A stretch of DNA of 64,000 bases, filler included, from Globobulimina sp. (GCA_003354225.1; 40 parts of 40 records of this genome joined end to end with filler, not necessarily neighbours in it); one strand, 5' to 3'; positions 1 to 12,826 are shown, counted from the first letter of the whole stretch. The notes: generated by a model not told the origin, from the sequence alone. Numbers and translations are program-made.

Positions 1-82
1 TAAATGCATTTATTTTAAGGGTCAGAGACAGCGTGTTCCTGCGAACAGATTCCTTACATGAAATTAAAATTTGTTCAATTAA

Positions 83-1378
83 CTATTTTATTTTTTCAGT
101 TTCATTGCCGATTTCATTGCCGATTGCACCCCCAACATCACTCGATTTTATTATTTTTATATCACTGTCAGAATTTAGATTGTCAACATCTGTATCCATT
201 TTTTTATCCATCGTTATTGCTTTACTACGTCTTAAGTCAACAACGTCCTTCGCATTCCTTGCAATATCAGTCACATTCACAGCATCAAGCACTGCTTTGC
301 CGAGTTTTCCTGCACTGTTCCTCATCGACAACCTATTCTCATTAACAGCATAGACCTCATCATAACCAAAACGAAAATGTAAAGGATTGAACGCATAATG
401 ATGAGCAACTGCAAAACAAAACATTTCAATACAAATAATAAAATCCTGCAACGAATTTGCAATGTCATCAGCAGTCCATAGGGAATTCACCATATCATCA
501 TGAATAATATTGAAATAAACTAAAAAAGCAATACCAACGGATTGCCAATAGGTAAAAAACACAACGCCTTTGATACAAAGAAACTTTAATATTGGTTTCA
601 TTTCCACGAACCGAACATAAACAGAATCGGTGTTGTTGTCAATGTTTTTAATCGAATAATAAAACAACACCAAACAATATATGGCATATGTTTGGGATAA
701 GGTTAATAAGCCCACAAAGTACGGATAACCCACAGTCCATTTGTACTCCCCATCGCCATAAACATTACAAACTTGCAATATGAAAATTATAATACAACTA
801 AAAATTTGACAAAAACAATATTGTAACACACCAATTGTGCAATTGCGAAAGAATGGATTCGAGCGCGGGTTTTGATACTGGAAAACCGATGATTTCTTTC
901 TCAATAAAAATTCTTCTTTGGTATCATTACGGTTTTTGTTGCTGTTGTTATTGTTATAGTTATAGTTTGCGACATCATTCCCGATAAATGTCCATGGTTT
1001 GCAGCAACATTTAAACGGAAACATATGCGGGAATTCCTGCTTCTCATTGCTGTGTTGCAATGATGCACTGACTTCACGGAAGCCACCCAATGAATTGGCC
1101 AATAACTGATAAAACGAATAAACTGTGACGGCTTCGTAAAAATCGCGTATTGCATTCAGGTACACGGATGAGTTGGGATATAATATTCCGAACCAACTTT
1201 CAATGGCGTAAACAGGGACCATTAATAAAATACGGATAATATAGCGTCGAATATATTTGTGATGATCATAAAGAACATGTCTGTAAATCTGATAAAATGA
1301 TATTGCTGTCGCGAGGAATGCAAAAACTCCACCTATAATCCAAGCCCATGTATGGTCGTGAATACCAAACAAGCCCAT
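83..1378 (-). CDS. Organic solute transporter alpha / TMEM184 family membrane protein
   Basis: Motifs IIRILLMVPVYAIESW, IRDFYEA, GVLQY, PILKFLCIKGVVFFTYWQ, LQDFIICIEMFCFAVAHHYAF; multiple TM segments. Confidence 0.9.
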   Translation of the reverse strand: MGLFGIHDHTWAWIIGGVFAFLATAISFYQIYRHVLYDHHKYIRRYIIRILLMVPVYAIESWFGILYPNSSVYLNAIRDFYEAVTVYSFYQLLANSLGGFREVSASLQHSNEKQEFPHMFPFKCCCKPWTFIGNDVANYNYNNNNSNKNRNDTKEEFLLRKKSSVFQYQNPRSNPFFRNCTIGVLQYCFCQIFSCIIIFILQVCNVYGDGEYKWTVGYPYFVGLLTLSQTYAIYCLVLFYYSIKNIDNNTDSVYVRFVEMKPILKFLCIKGVVFFTYWQSVGIAFLVYFNIIHDDMVNSLWTADDIANSLQDFIICIEMFCFAVAHHYAFNPLHFRFGYDEVYAVNENRLSMRNSAGKLGKAVLDAVNVTDIARNAKDVVDLRRSKAITMDKKMDTDVDNLNSDSDIKIIKSSDVGGAIGNEIGNETEKIK

Positions 1379-1503
1379 GATGCTCTGAAGATGGGTGGAC
1401 TCCGGCTAGTGTAACTGCAAAAGTCAAATCTGTGAATTTAAAATTAGAGCAAATAAACTTTTACATTAGGGGTCTCCGATAAGTACTGATTTTTTCAAAA
1501 ACT

Positions 1504-1603
1504 NNNNNNNNNNNNNNNNNNNNNNNNNNNNNNNNNNNNNNNNNNNNTTAATTAATTAANNNNNNNNNNNNNNNNNNNNNNNNNNNNNNNNNNNNNNNNN
1601 NNN
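1504..1603. other. Artificial contig linker N44-TTAATTAATTAA-N44; first of about 39, recurring roughly every 1.6 kb
   Basis: The same 100-nt spacer with stops in all six frames recurs through the window; flanking contigs are all about 1500 nt. Confidence 0.98.
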
Positions 1604-2101
1604 AAAAATAAAGAAATGTATTGAGTAATTTTTTTGCTTTTTGTTGTTGTGTTGTGTTGTGTTGTTGTGTATGGTTTATATATTATATTTTTTTCCTGAC
1701 GAGATAACGTATCAAATTAAAATTGAATACACCAATCTGATTTTTTTTTATTTTATTTTATACGTTTTTTTAAATTTATATTTTTAGTTTCGAGTGCATT
1801 TGGAGCATTTGTAAGCATTTATTTACAACCAACTTAATTCAGTAAGTACTACTGTTCGTGTGTTGGGTTTTCATTGTATACTCTGTATACTGTGTTGTCT
1901 GTGTTTTTGTCTTTTTTTTTTCTTTTATTGTATACTAACAAACTAACATTAATTTAACTCAACATCTTACTTTAACTTAGATCCGACTGATAAACTACTG
2001 ATTTCTTCAAATTTATATTTCAGTTTGAACGTTGTGTAATATTTTTGTTAAGCCAAGTAGTTTTTTCTTAAATAGCATCCTCTGCTAAGCAAATTACAAT
2101 A

Positions 2102-2833
2102 ATGACCTCTCGTCAAAGAATAAGGTTCAAAAAAGCTGTTGATCCACCACATACTGTTATTACTGTAGCAACTAAAAAGCATTCGTATATACTGCCACAC
2201 CAAGTTTCTGATGAGAAAACACAAAAAGTGGTTTCCGGATTTATCAGAAGAATTTATTCCAATTCCAATGAAAGTATTCGATTTGCTCCATCAATGGTTA
2301 TGCTTTTATGCATGAATTATTACTTTGATCTCGAATCATTCAGTTGTGTAAAATGCGGTGAAAAAGGTGATATCATTGAAAAAGGCAGATCAAGGGCTTA
2401 CGGAACATTCAAAATCGATGCTTCAATGTCTAAATGTTTCGCCGCATTTAAAATTGTTCGTAAAGTAGCACAACCGCAAGGCGGCAGTTGTCAGAATTTT
2501 TGGGCTGGAATGGGAATTGCAATATATTCACATAAAGAATCGAGCGACTATTGGTGTAAAGGTCAGAAATGGTATAAATATTACGCTAAAGGCATGAAAG
2601 CCTCCTCTCGCCATGATTATCACACAGGGTTTGGTCGGACATTCACAAGTGGTGACATTGTGTGTTTATATTTAGAGACAGATGGTTCTTTTTGGAGTTT
2701 AAGTTTCTCGGTGAAAAATAAAATGAACAAGAAACTATTTTATAGCAAAATTTCTAAACATTTTGATTATTATATTGTTGCAGAATTATATATGAAAGGA
2801 GACGAAATTGAAATTATCCAGAATAGATTTTGA
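2102..2833 (+). CDS. SPRY/B30.2-like domain protein with N-terminal helical motif
   Basis: Complete 243-aa ORF; C-terminal GRTFTSGDIVCLYLE...LSFSVKN pattern typical of SPRY; N-terminal VSGFIRR...P..V..LC..YY. Confidence 0.55.
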   Translation: MTSRQRIRFKKAVDPPHTVITVATKKHSYILPHQVSDEKTQKVVSGFIRRIYSNSNESIRFAPSMVMLLCMNYYFDLESFSCVKCGEKGDIIEKGRSRAYGTFKIDASMSKCFAAFKIVRKVAQPQGGSCQNFWAGMGIAIYSHKESSDYWCKGQKWYKYYAKGMKASSRHDYHTGFGRTFTSGDIVCLYLETDGSFWSLSFSVKNKMNKKLFYSKISKHFDYYIVAELYMKGDEIEIIQNRF

Positions 2834-3206
2834 GAAATTGGTTACTTGGTTTTAACTGGTTTTAACCACATACATTTATATTTTGCTTGTGTTTGATTAC
2901 TTTGATATCAACGTTGTGGACTATGTCATTGTTAAATGTGTAGAATCCAACTTTTAATCGATTCATTCATTTGCGTTTTGCATCAATCGCAAATTAAATA
3001 GCTAATTATTACCTAAAAACGCCATAAAAGTAACTTTATTTGCTGTTTTTTGCTATAGCCAGAACTGTTTTATTTAATAAAATAGAAACGAAAAACACTT
3101 TTATTTNNNNNNNNNNNNNNNNNNNNNNNNNNNNNNNNNNNNNNNNNNNNTTAATTAATTAANNNNNNNNNNNNNNNNNNNNNNNNNNNNNNNNNNNNNN
3201 NNNNNN

Positions 3207-3783
3207 TTTTCCATTTTATTTCTACATTAAATATTTTATTTTGTTTCTCTGAAATCTCTTCGCCAAATAAACAAATGGAACTGCTCCTATGTCGCCCAAT
3301 TCGTGTAACACTTCTTTCAGTCACAAGTAAGTTATCCATTGGAGTATGGAAATCTGTATTAAATGAATAATTATCATCATAATACAATAAAATAACATTT
3401 GTAATTTCTTGCGGTATATCATATATAAATGAATTATAGTTTATTTGTTTGGAGAAACCAATGATAAGATGTTTAATACCTTGTGATATCCCTTTTAATT
3501 TATGACATATTTTTTGTTCTGCAGTCAGCTTAATTTTAACTTTGATTGGCCGTATATAATGACTGTATCTTTGTATCTCTTTCATTGCTCCGTCATATTG
3601 CACTTTAAACCATTCCTCCTGGATCCTGAAGAAATGGGTATCATGCCATGCACCATCGCAAATATCGATACTTGTAATTTGTCCAATACACCATTTTGCT
3701 CTCGAATTTGAATATATTTCACATAAATCGCCCCTTTTCCATCTACTCTTATGCAAATATTCTTCACTCGACCAAAACGACAT
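3207..3783 (-). CDS. Tudor/Agenet-like domain protein, 3'-truncated
   Basis: WKRGDLCEIYSNSRAKWCIGQI...WFKVQYDG...IRP resembles a royal-family beta-barrel; followed by IIGFSKQ...IPQEITNVILLYY. Confidence 0.5.
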
Positions 3784-4269
3784 CCAAAATTAGAGTTTTT
3801 TCAAACACAGTTTATTTTCTGTGGTATTATGTTTTTCATCACCTTTGACATGTCTGACAATGAAGAGATAAAACCAAGACACACACTCGGGAGGTTCGAG
3901 ATTACAAATATCATCAGAACACCGTCTACGTTCTGAGAACCTCTCATTTGATATCGATATTTACATTTGACTTTTTGCTTCCTGCAAAATGGTCGATGGA
4001 AACGTACAGTTTTCTGCAGTTTTCCAAAAGCTTTACTGAATATTCACCAGCATAAATCTAAATGCACGGCTCACTAATTACGACAATGATGAATGCCTTG
4101 CGTGATGGATGATGATGTGTACGTATTGGTTGGGTGGATCAGATATATGAAAGAGAAGATGTTTGAGTAGGATGAAAATGGATTACAGACTGCTGAGGGT
4201 CATAAGAATTAAAGGGTGGTGGTGATGATGGTGGTGCATATGCATGGTATATATTCGGATGTAAGAGGC

Positions 4270-4430
4270 TGTTGCATACGAAAGGAGAAAAAAATCGGAG
4301 AGAAAAAGGGGAGAAAAGGGAGATAAAAAGGAGCGAGAAAGGAGAGAAAAAGGAGAGATATGAGAAGGGGTAGGAACAAAAGGAGATATATGTCGATAAC
4401 AGATTCAATAGATAGAGACCATAGGAGACG
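4270..4430 (+). repeat. Purine-rich (GAGAAA/GGAGA) low-complexity tract
   Basis: Almost entirely A/G sequence. Confidence 0.6.
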
Positions 4431-4809
4431 CACTGGTTCAGGTACGTACGGTCACTGTGATAGCTGACTGGTCACCGAAATGAGCTGATCGATCAGGTTA
4501 TAATTACCTTAATTAAATGCATCAAATCAAATCTGATCTGTATTAAATGCATATAATGAATGTACGTTGTTATACATGTGGTGTTGTTATCATATCACTA
4601 TCAGAATGTGGTATATCATATCACTATTTTTTTTAAATATATTATCTACTAATATATCGAGGGCGTTATGCAACCCCCATCGTCCCCCGCATTCAGAAAT
4701 ATGTAAACTNNNNNNNNNNNNNNNNNNNNNNNNNNNNNNNNNNNNNNNNNNNNTTAATTAATTAANNNNNNNNNNNNNNNNNNNNNNNNNNNNNNNNNNN
4801 NNNNNNNNN

Positions 4810-4905
4810 AGTAGGAAAAGTTTTATTTTTGGGTTTCACAAAAATAAAGTAGGAAAAGTTTAATTTTTGGGTTTCACAAAAAAAAAGTAGGAAAAGTTTT
4901 ATTTT
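4810..4905 (+). repeat. Tandem repeat, about 38-nt unit (agtaggaaaagttttatttttgggtttcacaaaaa), about 2.5 copies
   Basis: Visible directly. Confidence 0.75.
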
Positions 4906-5115
4906 TACGAATTCCATTAAACCATTTTCTATTAAGTAGTGTGCCCATATTTTTAGTATTGGTACCAATCAGATCGCATTATGAAGTGCAGTCATAAAAG
5001 TGCCTTTGTTCGGTGCGACCGACTCACCAACACTACGTAGTAGCTGCAAAAAACCTCAAAATCATTTAATGCTGTGCACCTTATCATTTTTTTAGACCAA
5101 AAACCCCAAAGTGTC

Positions 5116-6161
5116 ATGTCTCACAAGGTGACTTCATTACTATTTAGCTTAGCCCTATTAATAATCCCCTCCGCATGCCAAGAATATCGCCTACCACAGA
5201 CCATATTACCCCTAAATTATGAGCTGACACTACATCCAGATTTCGTAAACGATGTATTCTCTGGCGCAGAAACCATCGAAATTGACATCCAATCGGCCTA
5301 TTTTGACGACCCAGCTACTAATTTTGAGGTAAAATTTAATTTCTATCCCTCTCAAACATTCACCTCCGTGACATTACTCGTGGTGGGCCTTAATGGAGGC
5401 ACCTATGGCTTAGCCGTGCCATTAATCACCGACGACGCCACTCAGATCGCCACTGCCCAATTTGATATCCTTTCCAGCACCGTGGAAACTTTAATAGCCG
5501 CCAATGACTTCTTTATCGATATTGTATATGATGGCGCACTTCGAGGTGGTTCAGACTTGGCCGGTTGGTATAAATCGCAGTATGAGAATAACGGCGTGAC
5601 GGTCACCAATTTAGTGACGCAGTTCCAACCCACCGATGCACGCTCGGTCTTCCCTTGTTTCGATGAGCCAGACTTTAAAGCCACGTTCGATGTGACCTTA
5701 ATTGCCCCCGTTGACGCCGTGACATTGTCCAACATGGAAGCTGTTGCGTATACGTATGCTATATTAGTATATTTTGTATGTCCTCGACCTTGTACGCAAT
5801 TTCGCATCTAAAATAAATAGGAATTCGAGTGAAAGTGTATGTACTTGGACCTCGCCGCAGGGCGACATTAAAGATGACTGTGTGTCAGTAACCTTCGCGC
5901 AAACCCCTGTGATGTCTACGTACTTATTAGCGCTCGTTATTGGCGGCTATCTATCGGTGGATGAAGTGGATAATAATGCGGATCCAATACAGACGGTGTA
6001 TTATCCATATACGTTCGATGAGGGTCGCGCTGAATTCGCATTAGATGAATCCGTGCAAGTGTTGGAATTCTTTGGTGGTTCGGATGCCTTCGACATCCCG
6101 TTTACAGACAGCGGTCTCGACAAATTAGACTCAATTGGCGTCAATGATTTTGCCGCTGGGG
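5116..6161 (+). CDS. Secreted M1 family aminopeptidase N, N-terminal part; intron 5754-5820
   Basis: Signal peptide; YRLP...NYELTLHPD; TQFQPTDARSVFPCFDEPDFKATF; TPVMSTYLLA; KLD...DFAAG where GAMEN is expected next; a phase-2 GT-AG intron joins the two ORFs. Confidence 0.9.
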
Positions 6162-6647
6162 GTATATTATATTATATATATATACTTATATTTTATCCAC
6201 GTTTCACTTTCCAGCTAATTTAGTTTGCAAACACTGTACAAAAAACAAAGTCAGAATACACCTTTTACCCTTTTTTTTTTATAGGGTAAATTGATTTTTT
6301 TTTCAAATTGATNNNNNNNNNNNNNNNNNNNNNNNNNNNNNNNNNNNNNNNNNNNNTTAATTAATTAANNNNNNNNNNNNNNNNNNNNNNNNNNNNNNNN
6401 NNNNNNNNNNNNGGCTGGCTTGTGGGCTCCAAGAGCTAATCCCCAGCTAAATCTAGGATTTGGGATGCCAAAATGGCCCCAAGACTGGCCCCAGCATTGA
6501 AATTTGAAAGGGGGAAGTTTGGAATTTTAAAAACTTTGAAGTTAATTTCAAAACTCTTCAAAACATCAGATTGCACATAATCGTTGCTATAACTTGAAAA
6601 TAAATTGCATAACGTGTCATTTTGAAATTTTTAATTCTCCAAAACAA

Positions 6648-7086
6648 ATGGCAAGTATTGAAAAAGATGATAAAAAATCACAAGAATCGACAGGTATATG
6701 TGCACATATTTATATCTGAATTCCTTTTCTTTATATAAAATAATTACTAATTTACAGATAAAAAAGAAATGAAGAATTGTACTGTTGATGAATTAATAGA
6801 GATTTTAGAGAAACACATATTTCAGAAAATTGTTAATGATAAAGATTCAGCAGATCTATTACAAGTAAATAAATGGCAAACAAATGTTGTATGTTGGTTT
6901 GAAGAGGAACAAATTGATGGAAACGCTTTAATAAAAATTTTCGAAACCGACGAAACATTAAAAAAAGCAGTGTTTGATTTAATGGGTTATTTAGCCAAAG
7001 GTCGAGGTCGCATTCGTCGCGGTGTAACAATGTTATTCAAATGGCTCAAAGAAGCAAACGTTGAAAAAATATTATCTGAAAAATGA
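6648..7086 (+). CDS. Small two-exon hypothetical protein, possibly SAM-like
   Basis: ATG at 6648, GT-AG intron about 6693-6757 in frame with ORF 6769-7086; WFEEEQIDGNALI resembles the SAM-domain IDG motif. Confidence 0.45.
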
Positions 7087-7095
7087 ACACCTCCT

Positions 7096-7171
7096 AACTA
7101 TTATACTTAATTGTTTCATATTGTAACTATTATACTTAATTGTTTCATATTATAACTATTATACTTAATTG
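7096..7171 (+). repeat. 29-nt tandem repeat (taactattatacttaattgtttcatattg), about 2.6 copies
   Basis: Visible just 3' of the stop codon. Confidence 0.8.
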
Positions 7172-7657
7172 TGCATGCACTCAAACATAATTATAAACAT
7201 CCGAAAATGTATAGTTTTGGTAACACAAATCATTTCATGCAAATGTTTGTAGACAAATATTTATTCAATATTTATTCAACTAATTCGGGATATTGATACG
7301 GTAACAAACGCACAAAAACGCAATAACGCGTACTTTGTACTGTTGTTTTAGGTCTTCACCTATTTTATTGATTTGTATTATCAAACTGTTTTTTTTGTGT
7401 TAGAAATATTTAAATTTGTTTGTGTGCAGCAACCTTAATTCATAATACTAGTATTTGCATGTGTATCGAATTGAAAACATGGTTCAAAAAGAGTATCTGG
7501 TGAATGTGCATTTTTAATCTCCGCATACATTCCATACACCCGTTTTCTGAACGTATACATACCATCATGCCGTTTCTCGAATCTCGATACAGTTTCCCAA
7601 GGCAGCACAAAGTTTAAAATCACAAAACACCACTTACAACCTTATTCAGTTGCAACC

Positions 7658-7916
7658 ATGGACTCGTTAATCCCTAATCTTATGAAAATGGGATACTCTG
7701 AAGATAAAGTGCGCCGTGCATTAGAATTAGCAAATAATGATCCTGTTAAAACGTTTGATTTTCTCGTTAATGTATGTAATCAATTCTTATTTGTTTTTGT
7801 TGCAACACATCTGTAACAATCACATAAGTGATAAGTGCTGACTGAAACACTGTCAATTTATAAATAGGGCTTACCACCACAACCAGCTCAAGCTCAACCA
7901 AATATTGACATAACAN
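7658..7916 (+). CDS. UBA-domain protein, N-terminal exons
   Basis: MDSLIPNLMKMGYSEDKVRRALELANNDPVKTFDFLVN, then a gtatgt...aaatag intron, then GLPPQP; MGY motif of UBA; absent from the ORF track. Confidence 0.7.
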
Positions 7917-8388
7917 NNNNNNNNNNNNNNNNNNNNNNNNNNNNNNNNNNNNNNNNNNNTTAATTAATTAANNNNNNNNNNNNNNNNNNNNNNNNNNNNN
8001 NNNNNNNNNNNNNNNAGTCGAGTATTAGTATATTCCATCCTTATTTATCTATGTTTGTTCGTGCTATTTAAAATCTCATTTGTGTTTATTTCATTAGAAT
8101 GTACAATTAAATTTGTTGTGCCAGTTTGCACTATTTTAAAGTGTTCAATTTTAGATTTCAGATTTATTACTTTCGGTTCTCACCAACTCAAAAATAACGA
8201 GTATTCTGAATTAATATTTCAAAAATAAAACATCTAAAAAATTCTAAAGAAAAAACACTCTGAAAACAAATAGAACAATCTGACAAACAATAGAACAAAT
8301 TCTAAATTAAAAGCACTCTGGAAACAAATAGAACGATCTGGCAGGCAGTCAGGCACTGGATCTCATTTTACAACCATTGTATATATAA

Positions 8389-9323
8389 TCAGTATATATA
8401 TAAAACAATTGCAAATAAGACGAATATGAATCCCCTATGACTTTTTATCTCTGCACCATCGCCATCAGCTGTTGTTGTTAGAGTGTCAAGGCTACAGACA
8501 CTTGTATTCAACACATCTTCTCCATCACGAATACATTCCAAAACCTCACCATATAAAGAAATCCCTTTCACACTGAAAAAAAAACCACATCCAATACTTG
8601 CATTAGCACTGTGAATGCTTAGTGGCGAATCACTTGGCATACATTCCTCGCCAATAAATGTCACCGTCGATGTTCCACATTCATCACAATAGTTTCTACA
8701 TATATATTAATATAATTTATAAACATGCCACTTACAACTATTTATATGTAATTTACATACATTTGGCTGAGTTGGTAATAATCTGTAGCGAGACCATCAA
8801 AATTCCCTAAATTGCCTGTTAAATTGGACAGGTTTAAATATTTATAGCAAACCTCTGTAGCGGACCATAAAATTCCAACACTTACATCGCATCCAAATAC
8901 ATACATATCTCTTACAATTGCATTGAATTTCCCAGCACAGTTAAAATCGCCTTGATAACCCTCGGTTATGCTGGCATCCATTGTATAAGTCACAGCAGTC
9001 TCAGTTTCTGATCCAGTGCAATGTTCATCACTTGGACCATAGACATGTTTGGTAATGCTTTGGTAATCATCGCTACATTCAAACACTGCGAAGTTGGCAC
9101 CTATTCCTGTTGCAATACAAATATCTGTCGGGTACGCAATGGGAAGTTCATATCCAAATGCAACTACATCTAGAACGCTTATGAAATAATTCGATCCATC
9201 CTAGTTTTGTGTTTATATAATCAGAGAAATGAACAAGTCAAAGGGATGAAGATATACCGGATCATTGAGCGCAAATAAGACATGGATTGATGCTGTTAAT
9301 ATTGTCAACTGTAACGCTAACAT
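8389..9323 (-). CDS. Secreted Cys-rich surface protein, possibly GPI-anchored; three exons
   Basis: Signal peptide MLALQLTILTASIHVLFA at 9323; GT-AG introns link ORFs 8742-9086 and 8389-8664; Thr-rich spacer and hydrophobic C-terminus FIFVLFAIVLYIY. Confidence 0.6.
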
Positions 9324-9824
9324 GGTTTGTCGAATGTTGATAAATGATGAATGCGTATGGTTTTTTGTTTTGTTTTTATAATATTTTTTCTATTAATTTT
9401 GCAGCGTCAGAACTTTTTCCGACACGGGAAATTACAATTGCATCAGATCCAATATTTTATTAAAAAAAACTAAAAACACCCGTATATATTTTCTACAAAA
9501 TACCATATTTCCTCCAATNNNNNNNNNNNNNNNNNNNNNNNNNNNNNNNNNNNNNNNNNNNNTTAATTAATTAANNNNNNNNNNNNNNNNNNNNNNNNNN
9601 NNNNNNNNNNNNNNNNNNGGCGTACAATTCATTTGTAGGATCCCAGAGCGTCTGTAGTGGTGTGAGATACAATGAATAAGTTCTTGTAAAAATGTTTTTG
9701 AACTGAGTGAAAATTCACCACTACTACTATTCGAAGAGTTGTTATTAAGTTTGAATGCTCCCTTAATCACTCAATCTTGTAATCCAACGAAAGCACCATC
9801 ATTGTACAACCACTATCATTAACA

Positions 9825-11121
9825 ATGCCTGGCTATGGTGTAACTCGAGGCAATGGATATTCATCCTCCGAATTTGAATATAATCCATTACGAGGCAACA
9901 ACCACAACCAAAACAAGGACAATTATTCAGCATTATACTACAAATCAAAGCAATCAAATCACCAACAACACCAAAACCCCAACCACCACAACCATATCAA
10001 TAATACCTCATCCTTGCGCTCCGGATCCGTGAGCAATAACTTATCCTCCAATCCCTACCTAGCACTCAACAACAGCACTGCCAACATCTTGCCCGACCTA
10101 ACCATACCACGCAGGCGACCCCAATTAATCAGCACACCGCAACGACGCACGGCCCCCGCTACCACACAACCGACCGACAACGAACACGAACACGAAACCA
10201 AAGAAAACTCCAAACACACTACAAATGGTTGGAATCTGAGTGCCTTTGGATTTATAAAATCTGCCTGGTCCAAATTAATCGGTACACCATCCAAAAAACG
10301 TACCGCCTCAACCACCACTAACACACACAAATGCATGTCTCAACCACCTCCGCCACGACCAACCCATAATCCATACGCATTTACACCCAGCAAACCACCA
10401 ATAAACCACAGCGCCAATCCAGTCATTCCAGTGACACCACCCTCACAAACCCGTCCATCTATGGCTGATTTAATCACACAAACACGGACCCAAACTGAGC
10501 ACAAAAACGACCCAAACCATCCCAAAACGCAACCAGCCAAAAACGACGCATCCACCGTCATCTCCATCCACAATCTCCTACAAAAAACTAAGTTATCCCC
10601 GGACGACGCGGCCTGGCTACACTCCAAAATCGACGCCGTCACACATGACAAATATGACGGTTCCTTGTCTTACATTGGTCCCATGCCACATACCCATACC
10701 GGTCGTGAACGTGCGGCGTCTCAATCATTAATCCAACATTTAAATTTTGATGATTCAGCCACTGACAATTCATGTAACACAAACAATATATACTCTCCTT
10801 TGCGACCGACATCATCGAGTCATCACTCTATCATTCCCTCCTCCATTCCTTGTAGCAGATATATGCCACATCCGGGCGGCTTCCATAAGAAAAAAGTGGA
10901 CTCCTCGCGGACTGTGCGCCCACCGCTACGGCGGAAGAGACCTCGGAGGGAGGTGTTTGACGATGAGGATGACACTCAATCACAGTCCCACTCTCAGCTA
11001 CAGTCGCAGGCACGAAAGCGAATAAGACTGGCGAAGTCTGCCTATGCTTCTCGGCGGTTCAAGGATAACTATTTGCGGCCGATCAATTCGTTGCATTCTG
11101 CGTTGTCGGACCATTTCAAAC
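9825..11121 (+). CDS. Low-complexity disordered protein, possibly Nup1/Nup153-like N-terminus; 3'-truncated
   Basis: Long ORF; amphipathic FIKSAWSKLIG, helical LLQKTKLSPDDAAWLHSKI, basic NLS-like RRKRPRR; family call is weak. Confidence 0.35.
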
Positions 11122-11221
11122 NNNNNNNNNNNNNNNNNNNNNNNNNNNNNNNNNNNNNNNNNNNNTTAATTAATTAANNNNNNNNNNNNNNNNNNNNNNN
11201 NNNNNNNNNNNNNNNNNNNNN

Positions 11222-12724
11222 AGTTTCTTGTTTGATATATTTGCGAACATAGATGGTATTTATATGCATTTGGGCAGATCTTATACAACAATCATAATGG
11301 CCCACATCTAAAGGAAATATATGATTGGATAAGATCTCTTCTTTCAAATTTGCATACTTTGATTCTATATAAAAACCATCAAATTCTGGATTGTTTTTAT
11401 AAAAGGGCCAATAATAAAACTTATATCCAAAGTCTTTGTCTCTGAAATCATTTACAAATTTATTATTCTTTATTCCATCGACGCCGTCGCCGCCGCCGCG
11501 AACACGACACAATTCAAAGTATTTACTGCCTAATGAGCTATGCAACTCTTTTAATCTCTGGTCATTGTATGATTCTTCATCTTTATTCTCATTCTCATCA
11601 TTACATACTATTCGCGATCGATATCCAGCATCAAAGGAATGCAGCAGATGAATATGAATTGTATCCAACAAATCGACGTAAAAATTTAAATATTTATCCT
11701 TATCTCTAGATCTCCCAATAATCTGTGTATTGCCTCGATTTCGGTTATTTCGAATATATGCATTACAACTCTTTAAATCGCAAACTATATTAAACATTTC
11801 ATAAAGCATTGTAAACGTTGCGTCGTTTTCTTGTGAAGAAGCATTCAAATGAGCAGATAAAATATGATGATAATCATTTAATAAATGGTGGTATTTGCGA
11901 CAATAAGTGGTTAGAATATGATTTTTATGGTGCATTTGATTTAGTATTTGCTGATAGAATTTTAATAATATCTTAATACGTTTTATGGATAAACATTTAT
12001 TTAATAAATGGCATTCATTTAATGGTTCTTTCTCAATCTGTAACTCATCCAATTCGTGGTATGCATCCTTTAAATACTGTGATGGCGGCGGTGCAGAGGG
12101 CCGATTTGGTTTACTCCCTTTACTCCGTCTTCGAGTGATCAATGTTTGAGGCGATGGCGATGGCGATGGCGGTGGCGGTCGCCGCGGCGGTACAGACTTA
12201 CTTCGATTAATACTTATTGCCATTTCTTCCTCTTCCTCGTCCTCTTCCTCTTCCTCTTCCTCTTCCTCGTCATATGCTTCCTCTTCACCTTCCTCTAACT
12301 CCTCTTCTTCCTCCTCATTAATTCTTATTTTATATTTGGATGAAAATGTGATTTCAAAATCACTCACACATTCTCTTTCTTCTTTTTCTTTTTCTTTTTC
12401 TTTCTCTTCATCACTGGATTCTGACTCTGACTGTGACTGTGACTGTGATCGATGACTATTTCTTCTTCGTTTAAATTTTGTTTTTTTTTTCCTTCGCCTT
12501 TTTTTTTTTAATTTTCGACTTTGATGTTGTGCGATTCGCGCCGACTGTCTTCGTTTTTTTTTCTCTTTTCTTCTTTTCAATTTATTTGAATTGGAATGAT
12601 GGGATTTCCTTCTTCTTTTTTCTTCTTTTTTGCCTGTTTTCAATTTATTTGAATTGGAATGGTGAGATTTCCTTCTTCTTTTTTCTTCTTTTTTGTGTGT
12701 TTTCAATTTGTTTGACTGAGAGTG
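11222..12724 (-). CDS. Charged low-complexity protein with His/Cys-rich domain; paralogue of the ART-family gene at 60.9 kb; truncated at both ends
   Basis: K/R, E and P tracts; HLLNDYHHI..H...CDLKSC..Y.RN.R...LDTIH..L.H; FGYKFYYW...YIESKYANLKEEILSN matches FGVRFYFW...YINGNYPDLKQEMLQN in ORF 60935. Confidence 0.65.
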
Positions 12725-12826
12725 NNNNNNNNNNNNNNNNNNNNNNNNNNNNNNNNNNNNNNNNNNNNTTAATTAATTAANNNNNNNNNNNNNNNNNNNN
12801 NNNNNNNNNNNNNNNNNNNNNNNNAA

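Noticed and set aside
33-353. Short antisense ORFs overlapping real genes, here and throughout the ORF track
   Set aside because: Shadow frames of well-supported genes on the opposite strand
1548-1559. TTAATTAATTAA as a recurring biological motif
   Set aside because: Always centred in N-runs; artificial six-frame-stop linker
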